A stretch of DNA of 63,770 nt, the filler included, from Hausera hauseri (Eukaryota), in NCBI GenBank assembly GCA_046269625.1. It is 12 parts of 12 records of this genome, joined end to end, with 100 filler letters (N's around TTAATTAATTAA, not from the genome) between each part and the next. Parts side by side here need not be neighbours in the genome. Positions count along the whole stretch, not along the records: positions 59,218 to 63,770 come from JBJURY010530344.1; 11 more parts are not named here. One strand, given 5' to 3'. Under the pieces are notes generated by a model. The model made no database searches. It was not told where the DNA came from and was given only the letters and a program-made list of their open reading frames with translations. Below are positions 63,663 through 63,770 of the stretch, piece by piece; positions within the stretch are counted from its first letter, which is position 1; each line of letters begins with the position of its first letter. The position numbers and the translations under genes were made by a program.

Positions 63663-63770
63663 CTCAGGATAGGTTGCCTTAGTGTGTCAGCAGCTTTTGA
63701 TACACTGAATTCTTCATAAAGCCATACATGTTACCCACAGCTGGACCAAAATACAGACCTTTATTCAGTC

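Noticed and set aside
60639-63770. Retroelement carrying or inserting into TCR genes, or RSS-linked transposition
   Set aside because: The junction falls exactly on CATG and composition changes abruptly; ligation chimera is the simpler explanation

Overview
This is not one genomic locus. It is 12 eukaryotic sequences of about 4-8 kb joined by artificial 100-nt spacers (44 N + TTAATTAATTAA + 44 N). Many of the 12 pieces are themselves mosaics that switch content at CATG sites, as expected of NlaIII ligation concatemers (Pore-C/CiFi-like), so adjacency across a CATG is not proof of genomic linkage. Most DNA comes from an AT-rich, transposon-laden invertebrate. It holds decayed CsRn1-type Ty3/Gypsy elements, two Tc1 elements, a hAT transposase, Polinton/Maverick pieces (two pPolB genes, AGTAGT-type termini, a divergent TBP-like gene) and host gene fragments (Piwi, ALG2, TDG/Mug, a kringle protein, a Q-rich protein). 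Vertebrate DNA is also present: two teleost TCR-beta V segments with 23-RSS and a mammal-like MARK/SMOK kinase pseudogene. The most notable signal is spread over four pieces (1-6888, 12800-16660, 35524-39844, 60639-62473). These look like parts of a very large, virus-like Gypsy-type retroelement family. It carries kilobases of accessory coding sequence after integrase, a thrice-seen DEDD exonuclease-like domain lacking the first catalytic motif, a ubiquitin-like domain, an AT-hook, and a chuvirus-like envelope glycoprotein behind an internal signal peptide. All family assignments come from motif recognition by eye; no searches were run.
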